DNA from: Octopus sinensis
Lineage: Eukaryota
Length of the DNA: 64,000 nucleotides
Direction: 5' to 3'
NCBI RefSeq assembly: GCF_006345805.1
Contig: NC_043006.1
Coordinates: forward strand, 36,084,001-36,148,000
In this document: in pieces, positions 1-12,461 of the stretch
How positions within the stretch are numbered: position 1 is the stretch's first letter
Layout of the letters: the number at the start of each line of letters is the position of its first letter
Program-made: the position numbers and the translations under genes
The notes under the pieces: generated by a model
Database searches by the model: none
Told to the model about the DNA's origin: nothing
What the model saw: only the letters and a program-made list of their open reading frames with translations

Positions 1-206
1 TCGAACTTCTTAAGTTTTTCTTACAACAATATCTTCCTCGAACATCATTTGCATTTGAATTACAAACCAGAAGGAATTCATACCAAACATAAAAAGACGA
101 GTGACATGTTGACCGGGGTATCCAAAGTGAGCAAAGTTTTTATATGTACAACCATGTATAGAGAAGCAGAATTCGAAATGAAGCGACTCCTGAAAAGTTT
201 AGAAGG
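1..206 (+). CDS. chs: Chitin synthase copy A, exon a (partial; starts before the window)
   Basis: Frame 1 reads SNFLSFSYNNIFLEHHLHLNYKPEG...VFICTTMYREAEFEMKRLLKSLEG. This matches the CHS segment around the T-M-W/Y-H/R-E motif. Donor GG|gtaaat at 206/207 is phase 2. Near-identical to the end of the copy B exon 24792-25708. Confidence 0.9.
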
Positions 207-244
207 GTAAATAACTATTTTTAATACATACGCACACACATAAT

Positions 245-635
245 ACATTCATACATACATGCAAATATACATACATACATGCATACACACACACACATAC
301 ATACATACATGCATACATACATACATACATACATACATACATACATACATACATACATACATACATACATACATGCATGCAGATTCTATACTGCTCACCA
401 GTGAAACTACATTATTGACTAAAATAACTGACCACTGTGCACCTACTACAGCTATGTAAATAGCAGGCACAACCGCAACGATTATTGTTGTATCGTATTA
501 TTGTTATTTTTGTTATTATTATTATTGTTGTTGTTATTATTATTATTATTATTATTTAATATTGTTGTTATTACTATTATTATTGTTATTATTATTATTA
601 GTAGTAGTAGTAGTAGCAGCAGCAGCAGCTGTAGT
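245..635. repeat. Microsatellite cluster (CATA)n, (TAT)n, (TAG)n, (CAG)n
   Basis: Directly visible. Confidence 0.95.
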
Positions 636-910
636 CAGAGTTTCTGAGAAAAAATAATTTTGGATTTGAAGTACTATCCCATGGAGAGAGTATTCTCTAT
701 GAAAGTAAGTAAAAAACCATCAGATGCGGTAGTAAAAGCTGTTAACGACATTGGAGAGGAATATTTACACTCAGTGAAATGAACCCTTATTCTGGCAGAT
801 TAACGCCTGCCTATATGCCCTGTCTACTATTGCAAAGCAGTACATGAGCGACATTCAAAGTTTGAACAAAACCGAAACAACAAAGAAAGTACCGTCATGG
901 AAAGTACCTA

Positions 911-1140
911 TTTCTTTATTACCCACACGGGGCTAAACACAGAGGAGACAAACAAGGACAGAAAAACGGATTAAGTCGGTTATATTGACCCCAGTGCGTA
1001 ACTGGTACTTAATTTATCGACCCCAAAAAGGATGAAAGGCAAAGTCGACCTCGGCGGAATTTGAACTCAGAACGTAACGGTAGACGAAATACAGCTATGC
1101 ATTTCGCCCGGCGTGCTAACGTTTCTGTCAGCTCGCCGCC
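911..1140 (-). mobile_element. tRNA-derived SINE, family 1
   Basis: Head GGCGGCGAGCTGACAGAAACGTTAGCAC...GAGTTCAAATTCCGCC and core GAGGTCGACTTTGCCTTTCATCC. Related copies near 9555-9880, 21200-21500, 40080-40220 and 49915-50060. Confidence 0.8.
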
Positions 1141-1623
1141 ATTTGCCAATACACTCAGACACTGCACACTGCTATGCACTGCACCAAAGATTACATTAGA
1201 ATGTTTTCATTACACTAGGATAAGAGACAAAACATGCAGCCAATGCATAGAGAGTTGCACTTGGCTGTCCATTGTAAATATGTCATAGAGGTGACCGAGA
1301 AGTAAAGTTAGCAATGATTTTGTTGCTGTAATTATGATTCTTTGTTCTATCTCGGGAGGGCCATTATGTCAATAATAAGCACTGGTTCTATTTCACTTCA
1401 TTTATTTGTCAATTGGTTGACTACTTAATCAATTAACTAACTGATTGTTTGATTAATTGTTAAGTTAATCAGTCAATCAACTAGGTTTGTCATAGTCCTT
1501 TTGTCGCTATTTGTGACCTCATGAATGACATGTCATCTCTGCTTGAAGTCCATTTCAGATTTGCCTGTCTGTATTTGTCAGTTGCATCTTTTGCTTTCAT
1601 TAAATCTTTTCCGTGAATTCCAG

Positions 1624-1888
1624 AATATCCTTGTCGAAAAAACTGTCTCATGTCTATATTGAGTCCCACGTGATTCTTGATAATGGTTGTAACGGAAAGG
1701 AACTTGGAGAGTTTGCTCTGCAGTTTCTGTCGTTACTTCAAAACGAACTAAAAATTGCTCGTACAAAAGTGTATGCAAATCGAATGCCTTACGGATTGCA
1801 GCTGCAATGGATCTTAAATGGTGGTGTTCCATTGTTTCTGCACTTGAAAGACTCTCAAAAAGTGAAACCGAAAAAGCGATGGAGTCAG
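1624..1888 (+). CDS. chs: Chitin synthase copy A, exon b
   Basis: ttccag|A acceptor completes the Gly codon. Encodes ...ESHVILDNG...MPYGLQLQWILNGGVPLFLHLKDSQKVKPKKRWSQ, matching the CHS TPYGGRL...HLKDK...KRWSQ block. Donor cag|gtaagt. 265 bp, same length as the copy B exon. Confidence 0.95.
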
Positions 1889-1927
1889 GTAAGTCTAATA
1901 CATAGATATGTGTGTATGTATGTGCAT

Positions 1928-2001
<74 letters not shown>

Positions 2002-2023
2002 GTGTGTGTGTGTGTGTGAGTGC

Positions 2024-2183
2024 AGGCGCAGGGGTGGTTGTGTGGTAAGTAGCTTGCTTACCAATCACATGGTTCCGGGTATAGTCGTCCCACAGCGTGG
2101 TATTTTGGGCAAGTGTCTGCTACTATAGCCTCGGGCCGACCAAAGGCTTGTGAGTGGATTTAGCAGATGGAAACGGAAAGAAG

Positions 2184-2190
<7 letters not shown>
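2024..2190 (+). mobile_element. tRNA-derived SINE, family 2
   Basis: GTGGTTGTGTGGTAAGTAGCTTGC...GGGCAAGTGTC...CCGACCAAAGGCTTGTGAGTGG. Related copies near 27500-27620 (-), 46320-46500 and 60610-60770. Confidence 0.8.
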
Positions 2191-2276
<86 letters not shown>

Positions 2277-2278
<2 letters not shown>

Positions 2279-5200
2279 AGCAGCATAGCCCGGCGTTGCC
2301 CGGGTATGTAAGAGCCCCTAGTAGGCAACGACTAATCCCAATGTAGTCCTTTCCCTCCAGGGAACGAAGGTGCATGTGGACGTTGCAATGTCTTGTCTTC
2401 ACTGGAATACTTCTGTATATACGATGTTCCTAGCTGTCCGTTTGGGCGAAAACATGAAAACATCATTGCGCCTCCCAACGCGTGAACAGCCCACGTAGAG
2501 TTGACCGTGGGCGAAGCATTGTTCGCCCAAATGTAACCCAGTGACTGGATTGGTAGGTCAGCGCCCGACGGTTGAAGGTGCATCCGTGGAATGAAGACCT
2601 CCTCTCCCTTCCCACAACCGATAAGTATTGTGGCCGTTATTAAATGTGGTGCCAAATGTTTCACAACCAAACGTGTGCCGTTGCACTGTTTAGGTGGAAC
2701 CAAATTCCTGATGAGCATAATGGGCGCACCGACTTTTAACTTCAGGATGTGTGGTGGCAGGCCTGGCGTTTCAAGTGAATTCAGGAATTCAACAGGATAA
2801 TCGGCAAGCTGGGCGGGGTCTGCTGTCCTATCTATAGATTTGTAGACGTGGACATCACCAGGAATAGCTTCAAGTAGCTGGATATTGATGGAGTTGACGG
2901 TTGTATTTTTGGTGCGAGAATAGCTCTGCCTGCCAGCCATTTTAGGTCGCGTAAATTGTTTTGTAGGTCGTGGAAGACAGCGTCCCGGAGGCTAGCAGGG
3001 GTGTCGACAATGGTGCAAAGTGAGTCCAATTGAACGTAGCCATCCGCATCAGACAGCATCCTATTTTCACCGAGCGATAAGAGGTCCCTGGAGAATGCAG
3101 CGGATCCGCTGTCACCAATTAACTGCGCGCGCATGTTAGTTTGGAGGTGCAAGGGCCGCACATGTGCCAAAGAGCTGACGACTTAAGGCACGCGCGCACG
3201 GCATCGGCACGGGTTCCTTTTGGAATAACAGGTAGAGTCTGCCTGAAGTCTCCTGAAAGAAGTAAAGTTAATCCTCCCATGGGGGCCGTAGAGTCTCTGA
3301 TGTCTTGCAGGGACCTGTCCAGTGCCTCAAGGGCGCCTTTGTGTGCCATAGTGCACTCGTCCCATACGATGAGTTTGCATCTGCGCAGAATGTCGGCCTG
3401 TTCTGAGTTCTTGGCGATGTTAAGAACTCAGAACAGGCCGACATTCTGCGCAGATGCAAACTCATCGTATGGGACGAGTGCACTATGGCACACAAAGGCG
3501 CCCTTGCCAGATCGAGCGGGAGTCTGAAGGCAGAGTGGGCGGTTCTGCCACCCGGAAGCAACGTGGCCGCGATACCAGAGGAAGCTACAGCCAGGGTAAT
3601 GTCCGTGTTGCGTCTGACCTCTGCCAGAATTAGTTTAGTGACGAAGGTTTTGCCAGTGCCACCGGGTGCATCAAGGAAGAAAATCCCCCCACGTTGCTGT
3701 CTGACAGAGTCTACGATGGTGTTGTAGGCTATGCGCTGGTCTGGAAGCAGCCGTGGTTCATTATCTTGGACGTACTGGTGCAGTTCCTCAATGCAGTAGG
3801 AAGTTTCGCGTAACAATTCAGCAGACATAACATTGGCGTGTTCACGTGAGGGTGGTGGAAGGCCGTACTCTGTTAAAGCAGACCCACCCATATCGATGAC
3901 AGAGTCTTCGAGTTGAATGAGCGCAAAATTGTAAATGAAGTTGGTGAACGTGATCTCGCCGGAAGGGCAGTGTTGCTGAGCCGTACGTAAGAAGTCGTGC
4001 GACATGTCATCCCTGTATTTCATCCAGAGACTTAGTGGATCACTAAGCTGACATTTTTGAAGAAGGATTGCGAAAAGATGTCGTAGGGCCGAATGCGTTT
4101 GCAGTAAAGCACCCTCTGCCATCGTGGCGTCCCACTGGGAGTCATCCTCTAGAAGGCCAAGTCTCATACATGCTTCCCTGAAGGTGTCGCACAGAACCCC
4201 ATTGACGGTACGTATATTGGCGAAACCTGTTGGACCAGTGACCTCATGTAGAAGGAGACGGAGGTAGAAGCATTCTTGCTGGTTTGGCGGGATGTTGTAA
4301 ACTCGACCCAGGCAGGAGTCAAACTTGACGCCTGGGAAGCTTTCGACGTTTTTGCCGGATTTCCGTCGAACCCAGGTGTTTTTAGACCACACGAAGTACG
4401 ATGGGACCTGTGGGTACAAAAGCGTTCGAGCGAAGTCATCACGTTGGCATAATTTGAAGAAACCAGTCAACGTTGTGTCTTTAGGGCTGGTGGCTATCTG
4501 CACAGCACTTTGCTCTGTGAAGTAAATCCGCTGTCCATTTTCCAAGTGTACAGCAAGCTGCACCACAGCCGGGTGTCTCTGATGGAGCGGGAAGCCGTAA
4601 ATGCGCCAAAACGCTTCGTTGCTGCTGAGGTACCGGCCAGCCAAGTAGTTGGACACTTCGTCGCGACTGTATCAGCATCAATGACAACGGTGAAGTTTGG
4701 AGATGGAGCACTGTCCAAGGCATATCTGAAGCTGCAGACGTAGCTGTTGATATCATGAAGCATGGTTTGGAGACGGAGAAGAATGTCTTTGCGGGGAACA
4801 TAGCTTGTACCCGGTATTATTCCAAAGCGTGCATCAACTTGGTGGTTGTAGTCGGCAATGAAGTATATTTGGAGGAAAGAAGACTGCTGAATCTCGTCTG
4901 GCAGAAGTGACCCAATAAGATGGTAGACCTGTCCCTGCACTTTGAAAGTAGGCATCCAGCCTTCTCTGGGAGGAATTTTGGCCCCGAAAGAGGTCATTTG
5001 GAATGAGCAGTTGTACTTTCGAATTATTTCAAGGAATTGTGACGAATCGGGGGTTAAACCCGCCGTGAGATCCTTCAGTGGTTGAGGTGGTTCCCGTAGG
5101 GGTGGCAGGTCCACTTTGCCACCAGAGCAGCACAAACCAGGTGGCTCTCCGGGCCATTTCTTGGCTTGGCTTGCAAACTGGCATACAATTGTCATTGACC

Positions 5201-7144
5201 CTATCTTGATGTCGTCACGCAAGGAGAAGTTAATTGTGGCGTCGTAGTTGAATGCTAGTGACAACCAGAAAGCGGGGGCAGGGGTACGTACACCACGAAT
5301 GATATCCCGACGTTTGTTGATACTCTCAAGTCGAGTGCACCGTGCCTCAGCAGATTCAGATGCACGTGCGACAGCGGTAGCAGTGGCATCCCTTGAAAGC
5401 CTTTCAGCTCTCGCCTCAGCACCCTCTGAAGCCCTAGCAGAAGCAGTGTTAATGGCATGTCTGGATGTCCGAATAGTCCGTTGGGGTGGAGTTTCGGCAG
5501 ATCGAGCCCTGGCTGTGTTTGCGGCGTTAGCAGCTTGGCGAGCTCTCCTCTGTTGAGGTGTTTCGGCAGCTTTGGCCATGGCTTTGTTTGCGGCGTCAGC
5601 ATCTTGGCGAGTTCTCCTCTGCTGTGAGGTTTCGACAGATCGTGTCCTGGCGGTGCTAGTGGCGTTAGCCGCATTCCGAATGGCCCTTTGTTCGGGGTTC
5701 TCGCGAGCTCTGCGGATGGAAGCACAGTAAGAAGCCCGCATGTTTTGGCTGGACTGTTGCTCTTTCGTCAACCTCGAGCGGAGGGAAGATCTGTACGCTG
5801 CGACCCTTGCAAGTCGGGTAGAACGGTCGCTAGTAGTTTCAGATGCCTGAGCAGCGGCATAACGGGAAGCTGTTTGCGAGAGGCGCAAGGCGGTTTCCTC
5901 GTGTGGTCTCGCGTGCCCTTCTAGCCCTAGCAGCCGATGCCTTGGCCGTCCGAGGGATGAGGAGGGTCCTTCTCTTCTTGGGTGGCATTTTGGTGGATAG
6001 CAATGTGTTTGGCAAAGGTGTAATAAAAAGGAACACGTGGGGTAAGTATTTTGGTGGATAGCAATGTGTTTGGTAAAGGTGTAATAAAAAGGAGCTCGTG
6101 GGGTAAGTATCCGAAAATGTATAAAAATGTACAAAAACGGCCAAAAAGCTGGCAGCAATGTGAGTGACAACAACGAAAAAGTCAAAAGTGATCAAACTGA
6201 ACAAACGAAAGGAAAAGTTTTTTGATGCACACGACAAAAGTGGTTTATAATAAACCACGAGTTTGCAAGTAGCGTCCGAGGACCGTTAGGGTACGTCAAA
6301 AATTGAAGGTAAAACGTTTGGGGTGGTAGTTATAAAGAAAGTTTAAACAAAAAAAGTATTCGAATAACTTGCGGCTGCAGCAGCTATTAGCAGAAGTGGG
6401 GGTAAAGTCTCGAATGTAATTTCTTCCTGGTAGGAATTGGTTGGATCGAATTATCGATAGCTAAAAAGGTCAAGTTGCGTCCCCTAGACAGTCTGGTTTG
6501 TGTTTAATACACAAATTTGTTTGCTATGTGTGCCACATATGATTAAATTAACCGATATTTTCCAATAATGTATCCTATTGGAATAAAAAAGGCTATATAG
6601 CTCCTTGGAGCAGACATGATGCTCGTTGTGAAAAAAAAAAAGATTCCTGAAAAAAAAAAGATTCCTGAAAAAAAAAAGATTCCTTTGTGAAAGATATTGT
6701 CGAAAACATGTCATCTTGAATTTGAACGCGATTTCCCAAAATGGCATGATTTTATCGATTGTTTCTGATGGTAAGGTATTGCATGGAAAACTAACGTCAG
6801 AATTGAGTTTCTTAGGGTAACATTAAGCTTCACCATGAGTTTGGTGAAAATCGATTGCAAGTTGTGAAAACTACCATAGATAATGCGTTGCATAAAAAAA
6901 GCTTAGATTCTCGAGTTGCGTCCCCTAGACAGTCTGTGGTTCGTGTTTATGATTGTCGACCCCATGTCGAATTTATCAATTTTTTTCAGAACTGGGGGAA
7001 CTTTTCAAAATTTTCGCTGCGTTAGTTTTGAATTATGACATTGGGCTATGTGTGTGTCAAGTTTCATCAGAATCGGTTGAAAGCCGTGGTCAGGGTGAGG
7101 GTACGAGAAAACAGACACACAGAAGCACGCACAGACAAACTGCC

Positions 7145-7150
<6 letters not shown>
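2277..7150 (-). mobile_element. Helitron (defective Rep-helicase element) in intron of chs copy A
   Basis: 3' end on the minus strand: CCCGG-GCAACG-CCGGG hairpin (2289-2304) followed by CTAG (2277-2280). ORFs encode a Helitron N-terminal repeat/Zn region (CCSGGKV, FKVQGQVYHLIGSLLP), CFYLRLLLHEV, and a PIF1 helicase (DAPGGTGKTF, GDFRQTLPV, LCNGTRL, FAHGQLYVGCSRVG). The 5' end merges into (TA)n at about 7150. Confidence 0.93.
3328..3506. repeat. Perfect 85 bp inverted repeat with 9 nt loop inside the Helitron helicase
   Basis: Arms 3328-3412 and 3422-3506 are exact reverse complements by inspection. Confidence 0.95.
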
Positions 7151-7211
<61 letters not shown>

Positions 7212-7304
7212 AAAATTAAACAAGGGTAGATTTTGATATTAATCAATTAAAACCAGTCGCCTAGCATATTATTTCAAAAATCCGAAGATTAAAAATTTTT
7301 ATAC

Positions 7305-7636
<332 letters not shown>

Positions 7637-10367
7637 GCATGTGTATCTATATGTGTATGTGCGTATATTCAGAGTGGTTAACTTATTCAGTTTCCTCCAT
7701 ATCGTCTGTAAATCCTATGATAACAATCCTTTCTGTGATAGACGCACAGCCTGAAATTTTGTAGGAGTGGGAAGTCGAACACACCGACTCTAGTGTTTAA
7801 CTTAAGTGGTATGGTAATAAAAAAACAGTTGAGTCTCAATACATGGGCTGTTGTTGTTGCTGTTTAGACTCGGGGCGAACTTGAAGGGAGAGAATTATGA
7901 TGGGAGGAACTTGAGCTTATGACCAACCTCACGACATTTGCAATAAAAAAAACTACATTACAAAAATCTGACCTGTTTTTACATCATAAAACTAATGTAT
8001 GGATCTCATATTTTAGATATGTTGTTGTGTCGCTGATGCCAATTAATCCATCAACCATTTTCTCTGCCTGCTACTCAGTGTTGAGTTTTGTGGGTAGAGT
8101 CCTCAGGCGCCTCCTCTATATGTTCCCTCCCAGAAGCCATCATCATTTCACTTTCCATATGGATTCACAAGCATGACTAACAGAGACTATGGCTATTATC
8201 TAACCATTTTGTTCTTGGTCTACTACTAGGTCTCCTGTTAGTTGACTCGGTTTCAAGAATATGTCTTGTGATTCTTTCCAAAATTTAGGCTTTTCGTCGT
8301 TGTTGTGGTAAACCGTTCACCAACTCTGATTGAAAACATTGAATACAGGATCAAAGCTTTATCAACTCTCGTCTATTTTTTTAATACATAATGTATCCAG
8401 GAACCCATTGTTGTTATATAGAGCCAAGAGATCTGACTGAGCAGGGCTATGAACTAGGTTGTCCCAATCATGACCATCATGGCTTGATTTTTCCTATCCT
8501 TTCTAGCATACCCCATGTCTTAATACAGTGGGCTATGATTTCATGATTTGGCTATACCTGGCTTTTTTTGTACGTGGCGTGTGTGTTCAATGTGACCATT
8601 CTTTTTAAAATCGTAGTAAATCGAAGGGAGATTTAGCTCTTATTACTTTACCCCAGATTAATCTTGACCAATAAGATACTGTAACGCATTCTAGCCGTGA
8701 CTGACTAAACTTATATTTTCACATAGTGTGTCTAGAACGACATTAACCAGTTCGTCATTCAGTTCATCATTAAAAAAACAACAACATTATTTTATGAATA
8801 ATATGTAATTAGTGGCAGAATATTATGAATTAAGATTCTGTTCTTACAAAGGAAAAGCCAGAATGATTCCGGTTTGGTTAAATTTTACTTCATCTGTTGT
8901 CTCACAGAAAAATGAAAATCTCCCTCTCTATCCTCTCGTCCGTTGACAACAGCGGCTTTTGTGCCCAATGTAAGATATATCCTTTATACAATAGATGAAG
9001 GTGAAGCTACTTGTCCGAAGAGAAATAATTCTGAACAGTGTACCTGTTACAGGACTGTATTTTCCAGTGTGTCATTTCCTTTTTAACCTCTATGTCCTGT
9101 GTGTCACTCAAGATACACAGGACATATTTTCTTGCAATTCATGCATCATACATGATACATATTCTTAATATTTTCCGAAAACCAGGGTAACTTCAGACTT
9201 GTGAAAGGAAAATTATATATTATCAAAATGTATGAAACAAAAGATAATTGAAATCAGAAATCAAGCGTGAACGTTTAGGACAATTTTACGAAATTGCTTT
9301 GGGCAGGCAAAGCGTAAAGACAGCAGGCTATATGAATTCGCGGCTAATTTTTGCAGGTCGATTTCATTAAGTTTTATTTGATTTTTTTCAATTACAGTAA
9401 CACCAGCTCAGTCTAAACAAACCTATAACCAAAAGCATTCCACCTGTAACCATTCCATCTTTTGTATATCTAAGACTACAATACCCAATAAGTCCTTAAA
9501 ATAATACGTTAGTGTGATTTTTGCGAATTTTGCTGCCATTTTAGCAAATAGATTTACGCCCTGAGTTCAAATCCCACGAAAGTCAGTTTTGCCTTTTATC
9601 ATTTCGCGGTCGATAAAATAAGTATCAATCAAGTTCTAGTGTCGATGTAATCGACATGTCCCCTTACTTCGAAATATTAGTAGCTTTGCACCAAAATTTG
9701 AAACCTTTTAAGAGGAAAACTGGCAGAATTGTTAAAACGTCTGTAAAAATGCTTAGTGGTGTTTCTGCCGATTCATTACGTTCTGAGTTCAAATTTCGTC
9801 AAAGTAAGTTAACTTCGCCATTCCTCCTGATGGGGTCGATGTTATGAGGTAGTAGTCAAGTAATGGGATCAACGTAATTGCTATGTTTCCTTCCTTAATA
9901 ATTACTGGCTTGTGAAAACAGGGATTTAATCGATGTGTTCTGGGTTTTCTGTATAAATGTGTGCACAAGAAAAGGAAAAAACTGTTTATAGTCTCAGTTG
10001 TTCTTTATTCTGACATCGGATCTCATGGAGGCGACTTTACTCTTTTGTCTTTTTTTAAGAAAGAATCAATGACGATGCAAGTGGCAGTAACTAATTCCAT
10101 TGACAATAATCTCCATTCCATCACGAAATATCATTGTTCACACATACACAAACACATACACACACTCACACGCACAATCACTGCCACATACGGACACGCA
10201 CACCCTCTACCTATCCCTCTCTCTCTACCTTTCTCTCTTTCTTTATTTATATTCGGACATACAAATACACACACATGTGTGTGCGTATATGTGTGTGTGA
10301 ATATGTGTGTGAATATGTGTGTGAATATGTGTATATATAATCTGTAATTTCTTCTCGATCTTTAAAG

Positions 10368-11127
10368 GTATTATATATGAACTACATAATGAGTTTCCGG
10401 GTGAAAAAGGCTTACAATTGGATTGAAAATAGACTGAAGCGCTGCGAAATGGAATCGACGCCATTCAACGCCCGTTATTATGTCGATAAAAGGAAATTCT
10501 GTGGTGTAGATTCATTGAACAATCTAATGAAAAGACCTACAGTAAGATCTTTACTCGCACGTTCGATACTGAGTCAATATAGCGATTCTTCGACAGTTTC
10601 CAGCGAAGATGATTCATCAGACTGGTCAGATGATTCAGAAACGGGTGGCAGCCTACATTCACCCTCTAGCATATATTTCCATCCAAAAGGCTTGGGTGTC
10701 CTCAAGATGAACGGTAGATTATCAGCGAGCAACCATTCGTCGGTGAACTCTGCATACGTGGATGGGCTTGGCGATTCTGTAACTTCATGCACTCCGAGTA
10801 CAATAACTAATATGGGTCGCAATGATGCCAGTATTCCTATTAATTCGAAAATAGAAGTAAGACCTATTAACACAATCAGTGGAAATTTAATTAAGGATAT
10901 CAAAGTGAACATCAAGTCACCGTTCCTTCCGAGCCATGAAGAATTCGACAGCCGGACCTTTATACTAGCAACGGATTCCGACATGGAGTTCAATGATGAC
11001 GCTGTGGTTGATTTACTGAACACTTGTAATAATGATCTCCGAGTCGGTGGTGCTTGTGGCCACACATATCCCATCGGCGAGAAGAATCGCCCAATTGTAT
11101 GGTTCCAAATGTTTGAATATATCAAAG
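10368..11127 (+). CDS. chs: Chitin synthase copy A, exon c (GT2 core with long insert)
   Basis: tttaaag|GTA acceptor, phase 0. Reads VLYMNYIMSFR...TFILATDSDMEF...VGGACGHTYPIG...VWFQMFEYIK, containing the D-x-D and ACG motifs of CHS. Donor G|gttggt. 760 bp. Confidence 0.95.
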
Positions 11128-11875
11128 GTTGGTTTTTCTTTTTCTCTAATGTTGTTTACATAACACTTAGTATTTTGTATAAACAATCAATAAAAACTAT
11201 ATTAAATATCAAGCGACATAATTTGAATAGGTCTTGACGATAAAAGGCTGGATATTGCCCGATGAAATGGCGTGCTTACGCAATGTGAAATTACGTAATA
11301 TATGCTACGCATTGTTGAAAAACAACCACGTTACTGAAACGCGTGTAGCAGTGTTTTGAGACGTTTATTCTTATTTCGATATAAAAAATATATACACATA
11401 TGTATATATGTATTCAATAGGGTGGTAGGTAGGGAGATAGGTCGATGTGTATGTGTTTAGTTAGGCTTCCTCTGAAATTCACCTTGTGTGATTGTGTAAA
11501 TTAATTTTAGCCAAGCGCGATATATCCGACAGCAATTGATGCATAAATAAAGTTTACGTTTTTCTAGTTTTACTAAATCTTGAATGACAATCATATATGT
11601 AAGTACTTGAGTCAATGACTGCCAATATTAAAAATCAAATAGATGATACATCAAAGTGTAACCAATCTCTCTTACTCTACCGAATCGTTAGTACACCTCT
11701 GAAGATGTTCTCTATGTAAAATCTAGGTGAATTATGCCCGGCTTATCTATATTCAGATTTTCTGTTTAGAATGTCGCAGATACAAGTATAAATAGGAATG
11801 AAATGTATATGTAGTCTGGAAATCGGCCGAAAACGAGCCTATAGCCATTCTACACGGATTATAGCTTGAACAACT

Positions 11876-11953
<78 letters not shown>

Positions 11954-12461
11954 ACATACAGATACACACGCAAAGACGCACAGACACACAGACATACAGA
12001 TATACACATACTCAGACATACGCAAAGGTCCACACACTCTCTCACACGCACCCACATACACACACAGACACACACGCACAAACACGCGTGTTTGTGTGAG
12101 TTATGCAATGAGCAAAAACAAAAGACGAGAAAATGAGAAGGACAACATTTAACAAAAGTGTTATTAGTTTACAGCTTAAAAGGAAAGGAAAGTATCTTTT
12201 ACGTTTCGAATGCAAGTCCTTCATTAAAAATAAAAAGCGACAGAAAAGAAAGAATGGGAAAGATGGATGAGGAGGGGGAAGAGTGACGAGAGAGAAAGAA
12301 ACGAAAGAAAAAAGAATATATACATATACAGATAGTTAATTTACCTTGTACTTTTAGATGTACGACGGTTATAGGTGAGTTTAAAGTTTCATTATCCATT
12401 CTACTTCCCGTACAGTTGTGTGGTTATTACTGTATTCAGAAGTATTACTGGTTATGATATA

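Noticed and set aside
249-470. Many ORFs of the type YIYIYI, CVCVCV, HTHTHT, MYVCMYV throughout the window
   Set aside because: They are translations of (TA)n, (TG)n and (CATA)n microsatellites, not genes.
4494-6185. 563-aa Ala/Arg-rich ORF as a novel host gene
   Set aside because: It is the repetitive N-terminal and zinc-finger part of the Helitron Rep-helicase, running out of frame after the internal deletion.
10574-11125. 183-aa minus-strand ORF, and similar antisense ORFs at 1578-1832, 12737-13060, 23224-23448, 25524-25844 and 50915-51409
   Set aside because: Antisense shadows of real chs exons or transposon ORFs, with no independent motifs.
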